Part shown: positions 1-12,034 of the stretch, piece after piece
Layout of the letters: every line of letters begins with the position of its first letter
Numbering within the stretch: position 1 is the first letter of the stretch
From: Lytechinus pictus
Taxonomy: Eukaryota
Length of the DNA stretch: 60,000 nt
Assembly: GCF_037042905.1 (NCBI RefSeq)
Contig: NC_087246.1
Span: forward strand, 9,860,001 to 9,920,000
Reading direction: 5' to 3'
Program-made: the position numbers and the translations under genes
Notes under the pieces: model-generated
Seen by the model: only the letters and a program-made list of their open reading frames with translations
Told to the model about the DNA's origin: nothing
The model's database searches: none

Positions 1-578
1 TTCTGCTGTCACGGCATAATATCCGTAACACAGAATGTTGTCTGACTTCCTATGCACGATCTGTTGACTGGTCTCTTCCGATTAAAGAAAAATCGGGAAA
101 ATGCATATGACAGATTTTCGCTTTTTTTTACGTTTCCTTCATTGAAGAATGAAGAGTGGGGTAATCCCGAACGCGGGGTAATCCCAAACATCTCATTATC
201 TCCTAGGAGAGGTGAGGTTCTGCTGTCATAATAGCCGTAACACAGAATGTTGTCTGACTTCCCATGCAGGGATCTGTTGACTTGTCTCTTCCGATTAAAG
301 AATAATCGAAAAGAATCCAAATTACATATCTTTACTTGTTTATGTTTCCACGAATGGCGTTCGCGATTACCCTGTGGCCCGGAAGTGCGGGGTAATCCCG
401 AAAATCTGCGTTTTGTACTATAAATTCTAAAGGAATGCTTGATGTTGAATAAAGACGTTGTTACAGTCAATATATGGTGTGTTTTTATCTAATTATGTAC
501 TAGTTTTGGAATAAGGCTCACTTTGATTCTTGTTATCGCTCTGATCAGAAAGGTGTTCGTCATTACCCCACTTCCCCC
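1..578. mobile_element. pogo/Tc1-like MITE (right end in window) with an internal ~217-bp duplication
   Basis: Right end TTACCCCACTTCCCCC-TA (563-580) resembles the TIR of the 1052-1913 element. GGGGTAATCCCGAA motifs at ~158, ~175 and ~389. Segment 1-~100 is repeated at ~218-310. Confidence 0.55.
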
Positions 579-580
579 TA

Positions 581-1946
581 TGTTATGGTGTAGTCGCAGA
601 TCACATGGTAAAGTCAAAGGTCATTTTGAGATCAACATTAAAGCTTACGCTCAGGTCAACGTAAAAGTTTACGTGCAAGACTCTCTAATGACATATAACT
701 CCGCAACCGTAAGTCACGTTCACCCAAACTTGGGTTGTAGATGTACTTAGGAGACCTGCATGTAATATTGTGCAGTCAAGGGTCATTTTGAGGTCAACAT
801 TAAAGTTCACGTGCAAGACTCTCTTATGACACATAACTCTGCAACAGCTAGTAAGTTACTTTTCACCCAAACTTGTGTTGTACAGGTACTTAAGAGACCT
901 GCATGTTTTTCTGCAGTCGGAGGTCACATGGTAAGGTCAAAGGTCAAGTTCAGGTCAACGTTAAGGTTTACGTGCAAGACTCTCTTATGATCGTGCGCAC
1001 TAGCTGCGCAACCGTAAATCACTTTTCAATCAAGCTTGGATTGTAGATGTAGGGGAAGGCGGGGTAAGTTGTGACACTTTTTGCATTTTGCATGTTAGAA
1101 TTGATATGACTAGTAATATTGTAGAAATAAGTACCTTGCCTTCAAATTAAATTCTTGGGAAATATTTTTCACCTATATATAACTTTCTACCCCCACACTG
1201 AAAGTCACCGTGACCTTTGAAAAAAACGATGTCAAATGGCTCAATTTGCCCCATCTGTGGGGTAAGTTGTGCCACCGTCTGAAGTAAGTTGAGCCACAAA
1301 AACTATGTACAAAATGTATGCGGGAAGAACCAGGATGTCAATTTTTCATTTAAAGTCTTTTCACTTGCTAATTCTGTATAAATACTAACATCTTCTAAAA
1401 GTAAAAGAACTGTCATGTGAATTTGCTCCTTTCTGCCTGCATATCAATGGCTTTTTACGTTTTTTAATTTTATTATACATCACCATAAGAATTACCATGG
1501 CTCAACTTGCCCCATGTTGATTTGGCTTAAATTACCCCAGTCCGAACTTATTGCGATATTTTCACATCCACACATTTCTTATGCATTCATCATGTAAAAG
1601 ACTTTGACAAGAATGAGAATCCATACGTACCTGGACTAACAATATTGTTCTTATTTCTATAATATATTTAAAGACGTGTGTGGGTAAAAAGCACTTATCT
1701 ATTTCACACCCTTTTTTACTTTTTTGGCTGAAATTTGTATTTTTCCCTCTAAAAAAGTACATTTTGTTTCAAAGTTGAAAACAAAGTGGTGGGGTTAAGG
1801 GTTATGCAATGGGTCATCAATACATGACACCACCACAATGTCTGACTCATTCATTATTAGCTTGGGGGTGGTGGCTCAACTTGCCCCTATGCTCAACTTA
1901 CCCCGCCTTCCCCTACTTAGAAGACCTGCATGTTATGCTGCAGTCA
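581..1946 (+). repeat. AGGTCA-rich tandem repeat (~140-160-bp unit), interrupted by a MITE
   Basis: Anchor GTGCAAGACTCTC at 673, 811 and 972. The unit TTGTAGATG-TA-CTTAG..GACCTGCATG is split at 1050 and resumes at 1916. Confidence 0.75.
1052..1913. mobile_element. Tc1/pogo-type MITE, TA TSD
   Basis: TIR GGGGAAGGCGGGGTAAGTT (1052) and AACTTACCCCGCCTTCCCC (ends 1913), flanked by TA on both sides. Removing it restores the host repeat unit. Internal GGGGTAAGTTG/CAACTTGCCCC subterminal repeats. Confidence 0.9.
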
Positions 1947-1981
1947 GTATTAATTTGTCATTCTCATTTTTCTTCACATGT

Positions 1982-2800
1982 TTGTCTCACCTGCATAGCA
2001 GAGTGAGACTATAGGCGCCGCTTTTCCGACGGCGGCGGCGGCGTCAACATCAAATCTTAACCGAAGGTTAAGTTTTTGAAATGACAGCATAACTTAGAAA
2101 GCATATGAACCTAGTTCATGAAACTTGGCCATAAGGTTAATCAAGTATTACTAAACATCCTGCTTGAGTTTCACGTCACATGACCAAGGTCAAAGGTCAT
2201 TTAGGGTCAATGAACTTTGGCCAAATTGGGGGTATCTGTTGAATTACCATCATAACTTTGACAGTTTATGAATCTGATTCATGAAACTTGGACATAAGAG
2301 TAATCAAGTATCACTGAACATCCTGTGTGAGTTTCAGGTCACATGATCAAGGTCAAAGGTCATGTACGGTCAATGAACTTTGGCCAAGTTGGGGGTATTT
2401 GTTGAATTACCATCATAACTTTGAAGGTTTATTGGTCTAGTTCATAAAACCTGGACATAAGTGTAATCAAGTATCAATGAACATCCTGTGCGAATTTTCA
2501 GGTCACATGACCAAGGTCAAAGGTCAGTTAAGGACATTGAACTTTGGCCATTTTAGAGATAATTATTAGATTGCTGTCATAACTTTCAGAGTGTATAAAA
2601 TGTGGATATAGGGGTAATCAAGTATCACTGACAAGTTTTAGGTCGCATGATAAAGGTCAAATGTCAATGAACGTAGTATTGTGTCATCATATGAATGGTA
2701 TTTTTGTGAATAATTATTTTATAGTAGTTTTCAAAGTCAGCACTGCTGCTATATTGAATCGCGTGATGCAGGTGAGACCGCCAGAGGCATTCCACTTGTT
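1982..2800 (+). mobile_element. Helentron-associated / DINE-1-like non-autonomous element with ~162-bp central tandem repeats (copy 1)
   Basis: 5' subTIR GTCTCACCTGCAT (1984-1996) with a nearby partial inverted repeat GTGAGAC, then a (GGC)n microsatellite and ~4 tandem units. The 3' subTIR ATGCAGGTGAGAC (2766-2778) is followed by a short tail ending CTTGTT. T-rich flanks. Confidence 0.8.
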
Positions 2801-2896
2801 TTTAAATACTGTTCATAATTTCCACTTTACTTGCAATCCTCTCTCTTTCTCTCCCTCTATCCCCTGTGCATGTTCTTTCATCCCTGTTACCTATAG

Positions 2897-3022
2897 AGCC
2901 AGAACCAGGAGATCAAGGATCTAGTTGCAGAGGTCAAGAATCTAGTTGCAGAGGTCGTCGGACTGAAGGCAACAGTCGAGAAACTAGAGAAGCGCATTGC
3001 CACCTTGGAAGCCAGAAATTAA
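2897..3022 (+). CDS. 3'-terminal coding exon of a gene whose upstream exons were not found in the window; C-terminal coiled coil, coronin-like
   Basis: Long polypyrimidine tract and TAG acceptor (2894-2896), then SQNQEIKDLVAEVKNLVAEVVGLKATVEKLEKRIATLEARN-TAA. Clear heptad pattern ending in an R-I-x-x-L-E trimerization motif typical of coronin C-termini. AATAAA follows at 3022 and ~3644. The coronin identity is an inference from this exon only. Confidence 0.6.
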   Translation, partial: SQNQEIKDLVAEVKNLVAEVVGLKATVEKLEKRIATLEARN

Positions 3023-3716
3023 ATAAAAAAACATGAGAGAAATAATTTCCAGATAATATCGCAATACATTACCAGATTTAGTTTTTGGAGTATCTAGAAC
3101 AGACATTATCTGATAGGAGCCAGTTTACTACACTCTTAATTATTGTTTAAAAAATCATGATTGGCTTGGATAGAAACGATCGATGCATAATGCTTATGTT
3201 ATATATATAAATAGTGTCAATTGCATATTTCACAAGGTAATCTTGATAAGTGCCTGATATTGTCCATGATAAAAAGTGATATCATACTAGTCTTGACTGG
3301 GGGGGGGGGGGTCAGTTTTCTGCTTCTTGGCTCTAGTTGTGTGTGCTTATGCATTATGCCTTGTATTATCTATGAAGCAGTTTCTACATCTACAGTAAGT
3401 GTAATAAGTAAAATAGGTTAGTATTTGACATTTCAAGGAAAACTTGCCCATCCAAGATCTGTTTAAATCATAGTTTGCCTCAATAATGGATCTGTCATCT
3501 TGCCTCCAGACTAAGGCAACTTGCTTTACATGTAGCTTGATGGAGAGTGACACCTAATTGAATATATTTCACACTCTCACTCGGAACCTGTGATTTGAAT
3601 TCAATTCCCGAGCGAAGGCGGTATGTGCCCTTGGTGACTTGTCAATAAAAGCACTGCATCGCAAATACAAACTACGATGAGTGCATGACAGTTGTATTAT
3701 CTACGTAAGTGCTTAA

Positions 3717-4315
3717 AGCTCAAGTCCACCCCAGCAAAATGTTGATATGAATAAATAGAGACAAATCAAACAAGCATTATGCTGAAAATTTCATCAAAAT
3801 CGGATGTAAAATAAGAAAGTTAAGACATTCTAAAGTTTCGATTATTTTTTCACAAAGCAGTGATATGCACAACTCAATGACATGTAAATGAGAGACAGTC
3901 GATGATGTCACTCACTGTTTCTTTTGTTTTTTATTGTTTGAATTATACAATATTTCATTTTTAGAAGATTTTACAAAGGACCAACTTGATTGAACCATAT
4001 AGTATTATACAATGCTAATGCCATATGTTCAGGGAGGAATTAATCGTTGTTTCACAGGGCAGCAGGGAGAATATTGGAATATTTCAAATATCATATAATA
4101 AAATATAAAAGAAATAGTGAGTGAGTGATGTCATCAGTCTCATTTGCATACCGACAAGGATGTGAATATAACCGTTTGTGAAATTAAGCGAAACTTTAAA
4201 ATGTCATAACTTTCTTATTTCACATCCGATTTTGATGAATTTTTCAGTGTTATGCTTGTTGAATTTTGTTCTCTTTTTATTCAAATCAACTTTTTGTTGG
4301 GGTGGACTTGTCCCT
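3717..4315. mobile_element. Kolobok/T2-like MITE family A, copy 1
   Basis: TTAA-AGCTCAAGTCCACCCC ... GGGGTGGACTTGTCCCT. Homologous throughout to 22043-22643 and 48048-48637. Confidence 0.85.
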
Positions 4316-6594
4316 TATAAGGGCATAGCTCCGCCCCAATAGATGTTCGGGAAGTCAAGCTTTTCACACGCTAAATTCGTACCGTAATTTGAGTGAAATT
4401 TAAATGGAATTCACTTCCAGAGTAGAATTTGATTTGGTGATTGTGATTAGCAGTCGCGATTCTAATCATGTTCTAGTTAGGTTTCACACGTGCTAAAAAT
4501 CGTCATCAGCCTCATTTTTCACTGGAATCATCATTCAAATTACGATTTTCTTATCTTGTGAAGGGGCGGTTTGTCACATCAAATTACCAAATCGCAATTT
4601 ATATCAAATTTAATTCTTTAAATAAGGATAGTTGTAGTGTATATCAATTTTTGTAAAAAAAAAAAAAAAAAGTATTGTAACCTTGGAACAATTCAATTAG
4701 AAAAAATGATATATGCTTTAGTACTTTTTATTTTAAACAAATCTTTTTTTCAGGAAAAGGCAATAATGTTAATAATGAAATCAAAGAATGAAATCATTTT
4801 TGTTTTTCATTTGCTTATTAAAGGCAAAACTTTCAATCTTATATTTGTTTAATGTAGATTAGTACAATACTAATGTTTAGGATGTATGGAACTTCGTTTT
4901 TTATTCAGTATTTGGCTTAAACAGCCAATTTTTTTTAGAAACACAATTATATTTCATTAAAATTTGAATGGTGAATACGAAAAGCTTTCTCTTTCTTTAC
5001 CAAATAATGTTTATTTTCTCATTGTAGGACCATGATATTCTCATACATGTATATCAATTATTTTGAATTACTATAGTGTACTTTGTTACATGGTTTGGGA
5101 TTATTTCATTGCCATTTGGTCCAACCACCTCTTGTCTGGTTTTAATCCTATAATAATTTTATTTGACCTGTTCGTCAAGCAATCAAGTGAAAAACTGCAG
5201 GCCCTATTAGACAAAAATGTAATGGCCAATGTATATTTTATGGACAAATACAGCCATTAGGAGGCAATATTTATTTTGACTTGGCAATACACAGAATGTG
5301 TGAAAAGCACATTTGAGAAATGGAATTAATGCAGTGAGATTGTACCAAATGGCATTTTTCGGAGGGATTTATTTAACCAAATGGGTAATTACATCACAAA
5401 AGTTTAGAGTGAAAATGTATGATCGGGTAAGGGACAATAAAATCTGATTTACAAGACATTTGAATGATGTAAGTGTATATATTTGTGAAGTGTATGACGT
5501 TTTTCAGGATTGCCTTTCATAGTTTATGCTTTGATAGATATAAATGGATTTTATTAAAAGCATCACGTCGTAAAGTACAAAACTGAATCGAACATGAATT
5601 ACAAATAAAAATAAAATAATTTGAAAAGTTCCTTTTACCCAAGTTGCATCAAAAGCCAAAACAAGGTTCCACAGTCTTTTCCCTGAATCCATTCAAATGA
5701 GGAAGACATTATACACGATTAAATGGATTATACAGTTGAAAGTGGCATACATTTTGTTAAAGTACCTGTGAATAAACTGCAGTTTAATTTTGCTCAATTT
5801 GGGTTTGGGGAATGTTTCTGAAACATTTAATGAGTTTCACTTATTTATTTGTTCTGTTCTAATCAGATAGTAACAATACAATTAATGAAAGTCACTGCCT
5901 GTTTGTTTCATGAAAATTCTTCCACGTAATTCATTCTAAAAGATGACAATAAAGACCCACACCAGTGATTAAAATGATTCTTAAATCCCACTGGTACCTA
6001 TTTATCAATTTATAGTAATATGTAATTTATGTCCCTTGTCAAATATTCAAGAAATATGTACTTATAATTCATTAGTGAGTGATAGCGAAGAAGCAAATTG
6101 CCCGGCATTTGCCACTTGAAATCTTGTAAAATTTTATCATGTGAGCTATTGTCTACCGAGAGAATAATCCCCCCCCCCCCAGGGGAAGGTACTTAGCATG
6201 CTTAGTATAAGTATGGGGTTGAGACCCCCATTCTCAGCCTAAATTTCCGTTCCAGAGCATCACCAATTCAGAAAGCCATATTCCTATATTTCCCTTTCCG
6301 GAGAACCTCAAATTTGTGATTTCTCGTTCCAATGCACGCCCATCATGAACTACTGAGCCTGATATTTTTCTTGTATCGATTTAGAAAAAACCTCGGGATA
6401 TTCGATACAATGTAACCTTTAACAGGATGGGTATATTAGTAAAAGCATATTTGATACAAGCACGAGCTGATATTTCTTTAGACATAAAATTTGGATATTC
6501 TAAGCATTGCATTGGGTATCTAATGAAACAATGCCAGCGCGAAAAGCAAGCAGAAATATAGGTGTTCCCGTCCAATTTCGTCAGAGTTGCATTT

Positions 6595-6865
6595 AAATTA
6601 ATGAAAGGACGTTCAAATTCGAAATATTTCGTCCACCCTCTGCATACATGGTTCATTTTCATTTATTTTGCATTCAATTCCGTTCTATATCATTCCTTTG
6701 AATTTTGTAGAAATTCAATCTAGAGAGAAATTAATGAAAGGACGTTCAAATTCGAAATATTTCGTCCACCCTCTGCACACATGGTTCATTTTTATTTATT
6801 TTGCATTCAATTCCGTTCTATATCATTCCTTTGAATTTTGTAGAAATTCAATTTAGAGAGAAATT
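6595..6865 (+). repeat. Near-perfect 133-bp tandem duplication
   Basis: AAATTAATGAAAGGACGTTCAAATTCG... starts at 6595 and 6728, with about 3 substitutions. Confidence 0.9.
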
Positions 6866-7187
6866 CGTTCAAATTAATGGCCCAAAGGTGTACTTTAATT
6901 TCGCAAGGACGAACTGATCATTTAATTTCGCCTAAAATACCATTTTCAATTTCATTTATCGGCACACTTAATTGCACTTTAAACGTCCAAATTTAGATAG
7001 CATGTTTCTGTGTTCATTTTTTTTAATTACGTTATACAATTTTTTTTTCAAACTTTACCCTATTCTATTTTTCTGACCTTTTCAGTTAAAATAATTTTAT
7101 TCCATTATGTTTGATAAAGACTATTCATGTAACACTTATAGGATATGGTTGTAAACGCTTATTGTTTTAGTGATTGATGAGTGGGTG

Positions 7188-7356
7188 CAGGGGCGGATCC
7201 AGGATTTCCCAAAAGGGGGGGCACATTTTCCCGAGGAATTTGACGAGCAAAAAATGTTTTTAACCAAAGAATAAGGGTATTTCGAAAATTAATTGTGCCT
7301 CTAAAAAGGGGAGGGGCACGAGTCGGCTGTGCCCCCACCCCCTGGATCCGCCAGTG
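7188..7356. mobile_element. hAT-like MITE
   Basis: CAGGGGCGGATCCAGG ... CCTGGATCCGCCAGTG. 8-bp TSD AGTGGGTG / AGTGGATG (1 mismatch). Confidence 0.8.
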
Positions 7357-8416
7357 AGTGGATGGATGACCTATGCCAATGGCAGGTATTTTCTCTTCAT
7401 CATCTTGTTCTTTTTTATTTTACATAATTGTAATTTATATCGTTTTGGGGAAGGGATAAGAAACATGGTATTGAAAGTGGAACAAAAACGAGTTGTTGTT
7501 CCGATGATGGTTTGTCAGATGGATGATACATTTCTGTAAAATTTTAAATATCCAATTTGAAGTAAAACCCATTTCCATAATTATTTAAAAGAAGTAAACA
7601 ACAACAACGGAAAACACTGTCCCTGTATCCTATAAGTGATTGCATATTAATGATTTTGAATTCCTAAACGTTCGCAAGGAAGGTACCGGTGCGAATTTGA
7701 AAACACTTCTTCAGCTATTTTGATTTGATCGTGCTTTATACATGTTTCAATGAGATAACCATGAAATCGCGTGTCAATATAATTAAATTGAATTAAGTAT
7801 TTGGATATTTAAATGCTGATCTCATAGGTAATTCAAATTAGTTGTAAATTGAATTATTACATCAAACCATCGGTTGAAATTTTGACGAAATTGGACGGGA
7901 AAACCTATATTATATATCATGATCTAACACTGGATATTCTAAACACGTTTTTTATAAAAAGTTTAAGTTATATGTATCTTATGTAATGAAAATGTTACGC
8001 AGATGTGGGATCACCGTCATGGCTGCATCCAGCATTGGTATTGGCGAGGGGGGGGGGGGTAATTGTAATTGGCTTCCCGTGCGATACCTAGATTATTTTG
8101 CCAGAAATTTGTGGATGAAAATTTTCATTTTTACTAATAAATTACATTTTCCCTTATGATGACCTCGTTTCCTTCACTCACTCCGGTTCAGATTTCTTTA
8201 AAAAATATGCGCCTACAGTGTCCATTTTTCAGATCAGAAAATCAAAACAGAATAGGTATCTGACTAAACAACTGATGTAAGCGCGAAGCGTGAGCTGAAA
8301 ATTATCATTTTCCGACAAGAAAAGTTGACATTCTAGGTACTTCTTGTAACCATGGAGACGATTGGTATCTGAAATGAAACGTTAAATGATATACTGACTC
8401 GAGAAGGACTCTTTAA

Positions 8417-11142
8417 GGACGTTCCACAGTTATGTTTGTGCGCATCATGATCTGCGCATAGTTTACACTCTGCGCGCTGACGTCACAATGGATGAACTGG
8501 TGCTTAATCAGTAATCTGAGCTGATTTTTCTCCTATCTGCACAAACTGCAGATCCGATGTGTTATTTTATGAAGCTAATAAAGTGGAATTATTCCATGGA
8601 CCATTTTTTTTTATTCCTCTTCAATTTCAAAATAGTTTCTCTGTAGTGCTGCAAAGTATGATGAATATGACCCCGAGTTTGAATAAATGGAAAAGTGGTT
8701 CGGAATTTTTCCTATTAGATACAAAGCTTTTGGTGCGTTCTGGGGTGTTTTAAGAAGCAAATTTGCTCTAATAAGAGTGCTGATAGTTTGAAAGCAAGCA
8801 CATGAACCCATATTTTGTAATGTTTGCACCTCTTAGGTATACCTTCCTCTACAACTTTGCAAAATTTTATGAAAATGACATGGGTTTTGAAGAAAGTGCG
8901 GCATTTCTTTTACTTCTCAAGTTTGTTATTGGAATTTCACATTTTTGAGGTTGAGTATCTTTCCTGCAATTTCTAAGAACTGAGAGTGTTGTTAGACTTA
9001 AATTAGCAAACAATTAACAGCAATATAAATAGATTATCCATCTTACGGATACAATTATTAATCATATTGCAAAGTTTGATGAAATTTTCATGGATTTTCA
9101 CAGAGTAATAGAGCTTTAAACTCATTGTTGTGATCTCGTGAGGTCTAAAAATGCCAAATTCTTTTGGATGCGCAATTCTTAAGAACATCCATTTGGGTGA
9201 ACTTTGAAGCTCTATAGCAAACATTCGAGCACATAGACCCATGGTAATTTTTGCATAATTGGAATATTCAGGTGCTAAAGTATCTATGTGCAAAGTATGA
9301 TGAAAATGACATGGATTTTTAATGTTTGGGAGCAAGACTACGGAACCATTCGCATTTTAGACGGTATTAACAGACTTTTGCTTGTTTTCGGCTTATTTTG
9401 GACTGTTTCAAGCCAACTCGCTATAATTTGGACACTAATAATTTGAAAACGAGCACATGGACCCCATAGTTTAAATGTCTTGACTTCTTCAAAATATATT
9501 CCTCTACAAATCTAGAGAGTATGCTGAAAATGACATGGATTTTGAATGTTTGGGAGCAGGACTAAGGAACATTCGTATTTTAGACATTTTGGACGGTATT
9601 ATCAGACTTTTACTTGTTTTCGGCGCATTTTGGGCTGTTTCAAGCAAACTTGCAATACTTTAGACACTGATAGTTTGATAACGAGCACATGGACCCCATT
9701 GTTTTAAATATCTTGAGTTCTTTAGAATATATTCCTTTACAAATCTAGAGAGTATGATGAAAATGACATGGATTTTGAGTGTTTGGGAGCAGAACTAAGG
9801 AACCATTCGTATTTTCGACATTTTAGACGGTATTATTGGACTTTTGCATGTTTTCCGCGCATTTTAGGCAATTTTCAAGCCAACTTGCACAATTTTGGAC
9901 ACTGATAGTTAAAAAACGAGCACATGGACCCCATATTTTTAATACTTAAATGTATTCAGAATATATTCTTCTACAAATCTAGAGAGTATGATGAAAATGA
10001 CATGGATTTTAAATGTTTGGGAGCAGGACTAAGAAACATTCGTATTTTAGACATTTTGGACGGTATTAGACTTTTGCCCGTTTAAGGCGCATTATAGACT
10101 GTTTCAAGCCAACTCGCAACATTTTAGACATTGATAGTTTGATAACGAGCACATGGACCCCATATTTCTAATATTTTAACGTCTTCAGAATATATTCCTC
10201 TACAAATCTAAAGAGTATGACGAAAATGACATGGATTTTGAATGTTTGGGGGCAAAACTACGGAACCACTCGTATTTTAGACATTTTGGACGGTATTATT
10301 AGACTTTTGCACGTTTTGGGCGCATTTTCGGCGATTTTCATGCCAACTCGCATCACTTTGGACACTGAGAGTTAAAAAACGAGCACATGGACCCCATATT
10401 TTTAATATTTTAATGTCTTCAGAATATATTTTTCTACAAATATGGAGAGTATGATGAAAATGACATGGATTTTGAATGTTTGGGAGCGAAATATCAAACC
10501 ATTTGCATTTTAGACGGTATTATTAGACTTTTGGACGCATTTTCGGCGATTTTCATGCCAACTCGCATCACTTTGGACACTCATAGTTAAAAAAGGAGCA
10601 CATGGACCCCATATTGTTAACGTCCCTACACCTTCGATATGCATTCCTCTACAATTTAACCGAATTTGATGAAAATGCCATGGATTTTGAAAAAAGTGCA
10701 GCTTACAAAATACTTTTTTTAATTTTTGAGTAGATTCACGTCTTTGAAGATTTTTTTCCCCGAGTTTTTGCACCATTCTTGCCAAATGAGGGCGCTGCTG
10801 ACTCCAAATTGATATAGTTTTGCAAATTAAAAGACTTTCTCTTACTTTGTTATACACTTTGCTATATATCTTGAAAATATGATGAAGTTTGATGCGGTAT
10901 CCACTGAGTAAAGATGATTTAAACTCATTTGGTGAATTCATGAAGTCTAAGAGAGGCATGATTCTCTTGATTGCGCAAGATTGCATGTCATTCAAATACG
11001 GCGACTTTGAAGACCCGTAGGAAAAAAATAAGCACATGAACCTATATTATTTTTTGCATTTTCATAATGCATAGATACCAAAGTAACTCTCTGCAAAATT
11101 TGGTGAAAATGACATGGACTTCACTTTAACTGTGGAACGTCC
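8417..11142. mobile_element. Kolobok-like non-autonomous element (2.7 kb) with an internal ~230-bp satellite array
   Basis: Perfect 16-bp TIR GGACGTTCCACAGTTA / TAACTGTGGAACGTCC with TTAA on both sides. Anchor AAAATGACATGGATTTT at 9303, 9527, 9760, 9994, 10223 and 10457; degenerate at 8872, 10672 and 11106. Confidence 0.9.
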
Positions 11143-11486
11143 TTAAGCTCTGATTAATTTTCAAATTCTTTTTTTCTTTCTCCCTCTTCTCATATTTCTT
11201 TTTTTTCACCGCCATTAGGGGGGGGGGCTGTGTAATCTCCACATATTTGATGTACGATAAAGGCAATACAAAAAAATGTACTTATATAACGGCATATAAT
11301 AGCATACCATGAAGGGAGTCGAACCCCCAAACACATATATAACTTTTCTTCAAATTATCCTTCAGTTTAAAATTTCATAAAGCTAGAGTATCTATATGAA
11401 TTTTGTAATAATCCCAGTGCTCTGCTTGTGCCGATAGCGGTTTATCCATCACGTCCAGGTGAATTGGCAAATTTGCTCTCCTAGTA

Positions 11487-11658
11487 CAGGGGCCGCGGAA
11501 CGGTTTTCAAAGTGGGGGGGGGGGGCTGAGCCAAAAGTGGGGGGTCTGACCATGCAAAAAATCACAATCCTATGGTAATTTTTACGTTTTTGTACACGGT
11601 TTTGGAAAAAAGTGGGGGCTGAAGCTCCACCCCCAGCCCCCCGCTTCCGCGGCCTCTG
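11487..11658. mobile_element. hAT-like MITE with a 5-bp TSD
   Basis: CAGGGGCCGCGGAA ... TTCCGCGGCCTCTG, flanked by TAGTA on both sides. Confidence 0.75.
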
Positions 11659-12034
11659 TAGTATTCAACAATTTACATTTAGTGTCCATGGAACAAAGAT
11701 TGTAAAGATTTAGGATGGTTTACTAGTATATAGGCATATAACCTAAGCTCAAACGGAAGAGAATATATAGGCCTCAAGGAGCGTGACATATTTGTCAAAA
11801 TCAGAATTTAGATCGAGTCACCGCCAACTGGCCAAGCGCGTGTCAATAATTTATTCATGATGGTCAATTCAGATGGACATTATTGATGGCTCCTTGCTGC
11901 CGTTTTGTGGTGTTTTTATTTCATCACTGAAGAGTTGCCATTCATTGGTCAAATATCACTGTTACTATGGTTTCTGTCAGAGAATAACTTTGCCGGATGT
12001 GAAAAACTTGAAACGATGCAATGTATAAATGGTA

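Larger units (their letters stand above)
6561..7905. mobile_element. Non-autonomous TIR element (~1.35 kb) containing a 133-bp tandem duplication and a nested MITE
   Basis: TIR GGTGTTCCCGTCCAATTTCGTCA (6561) and TGACGAAATTGGACGGGAAAACC (ends 7905), with ATATA/TATAT flanks. Superfamily is ambiguous (TA, AT or TATA TSD). Confidence 0.75.

Noticed and set aside
9..470. 153-aa ORF with an internal repeat
   Set aside because: Arises from the duplicated MITE sequence; no coding signature.
9290..10700. Regularly spaced repeats as a CRISPR-like array
   Set aside because: Whole ~230-bp units are homologous, with no unique spacers; eukaryotic context and no cas genes.
10510..11037. 175-aa ORF (and 9003-9335) as a transposase
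   Set aside because: No DDE, THAP or zinc-finger features; chance ORFs in repeat sequence.
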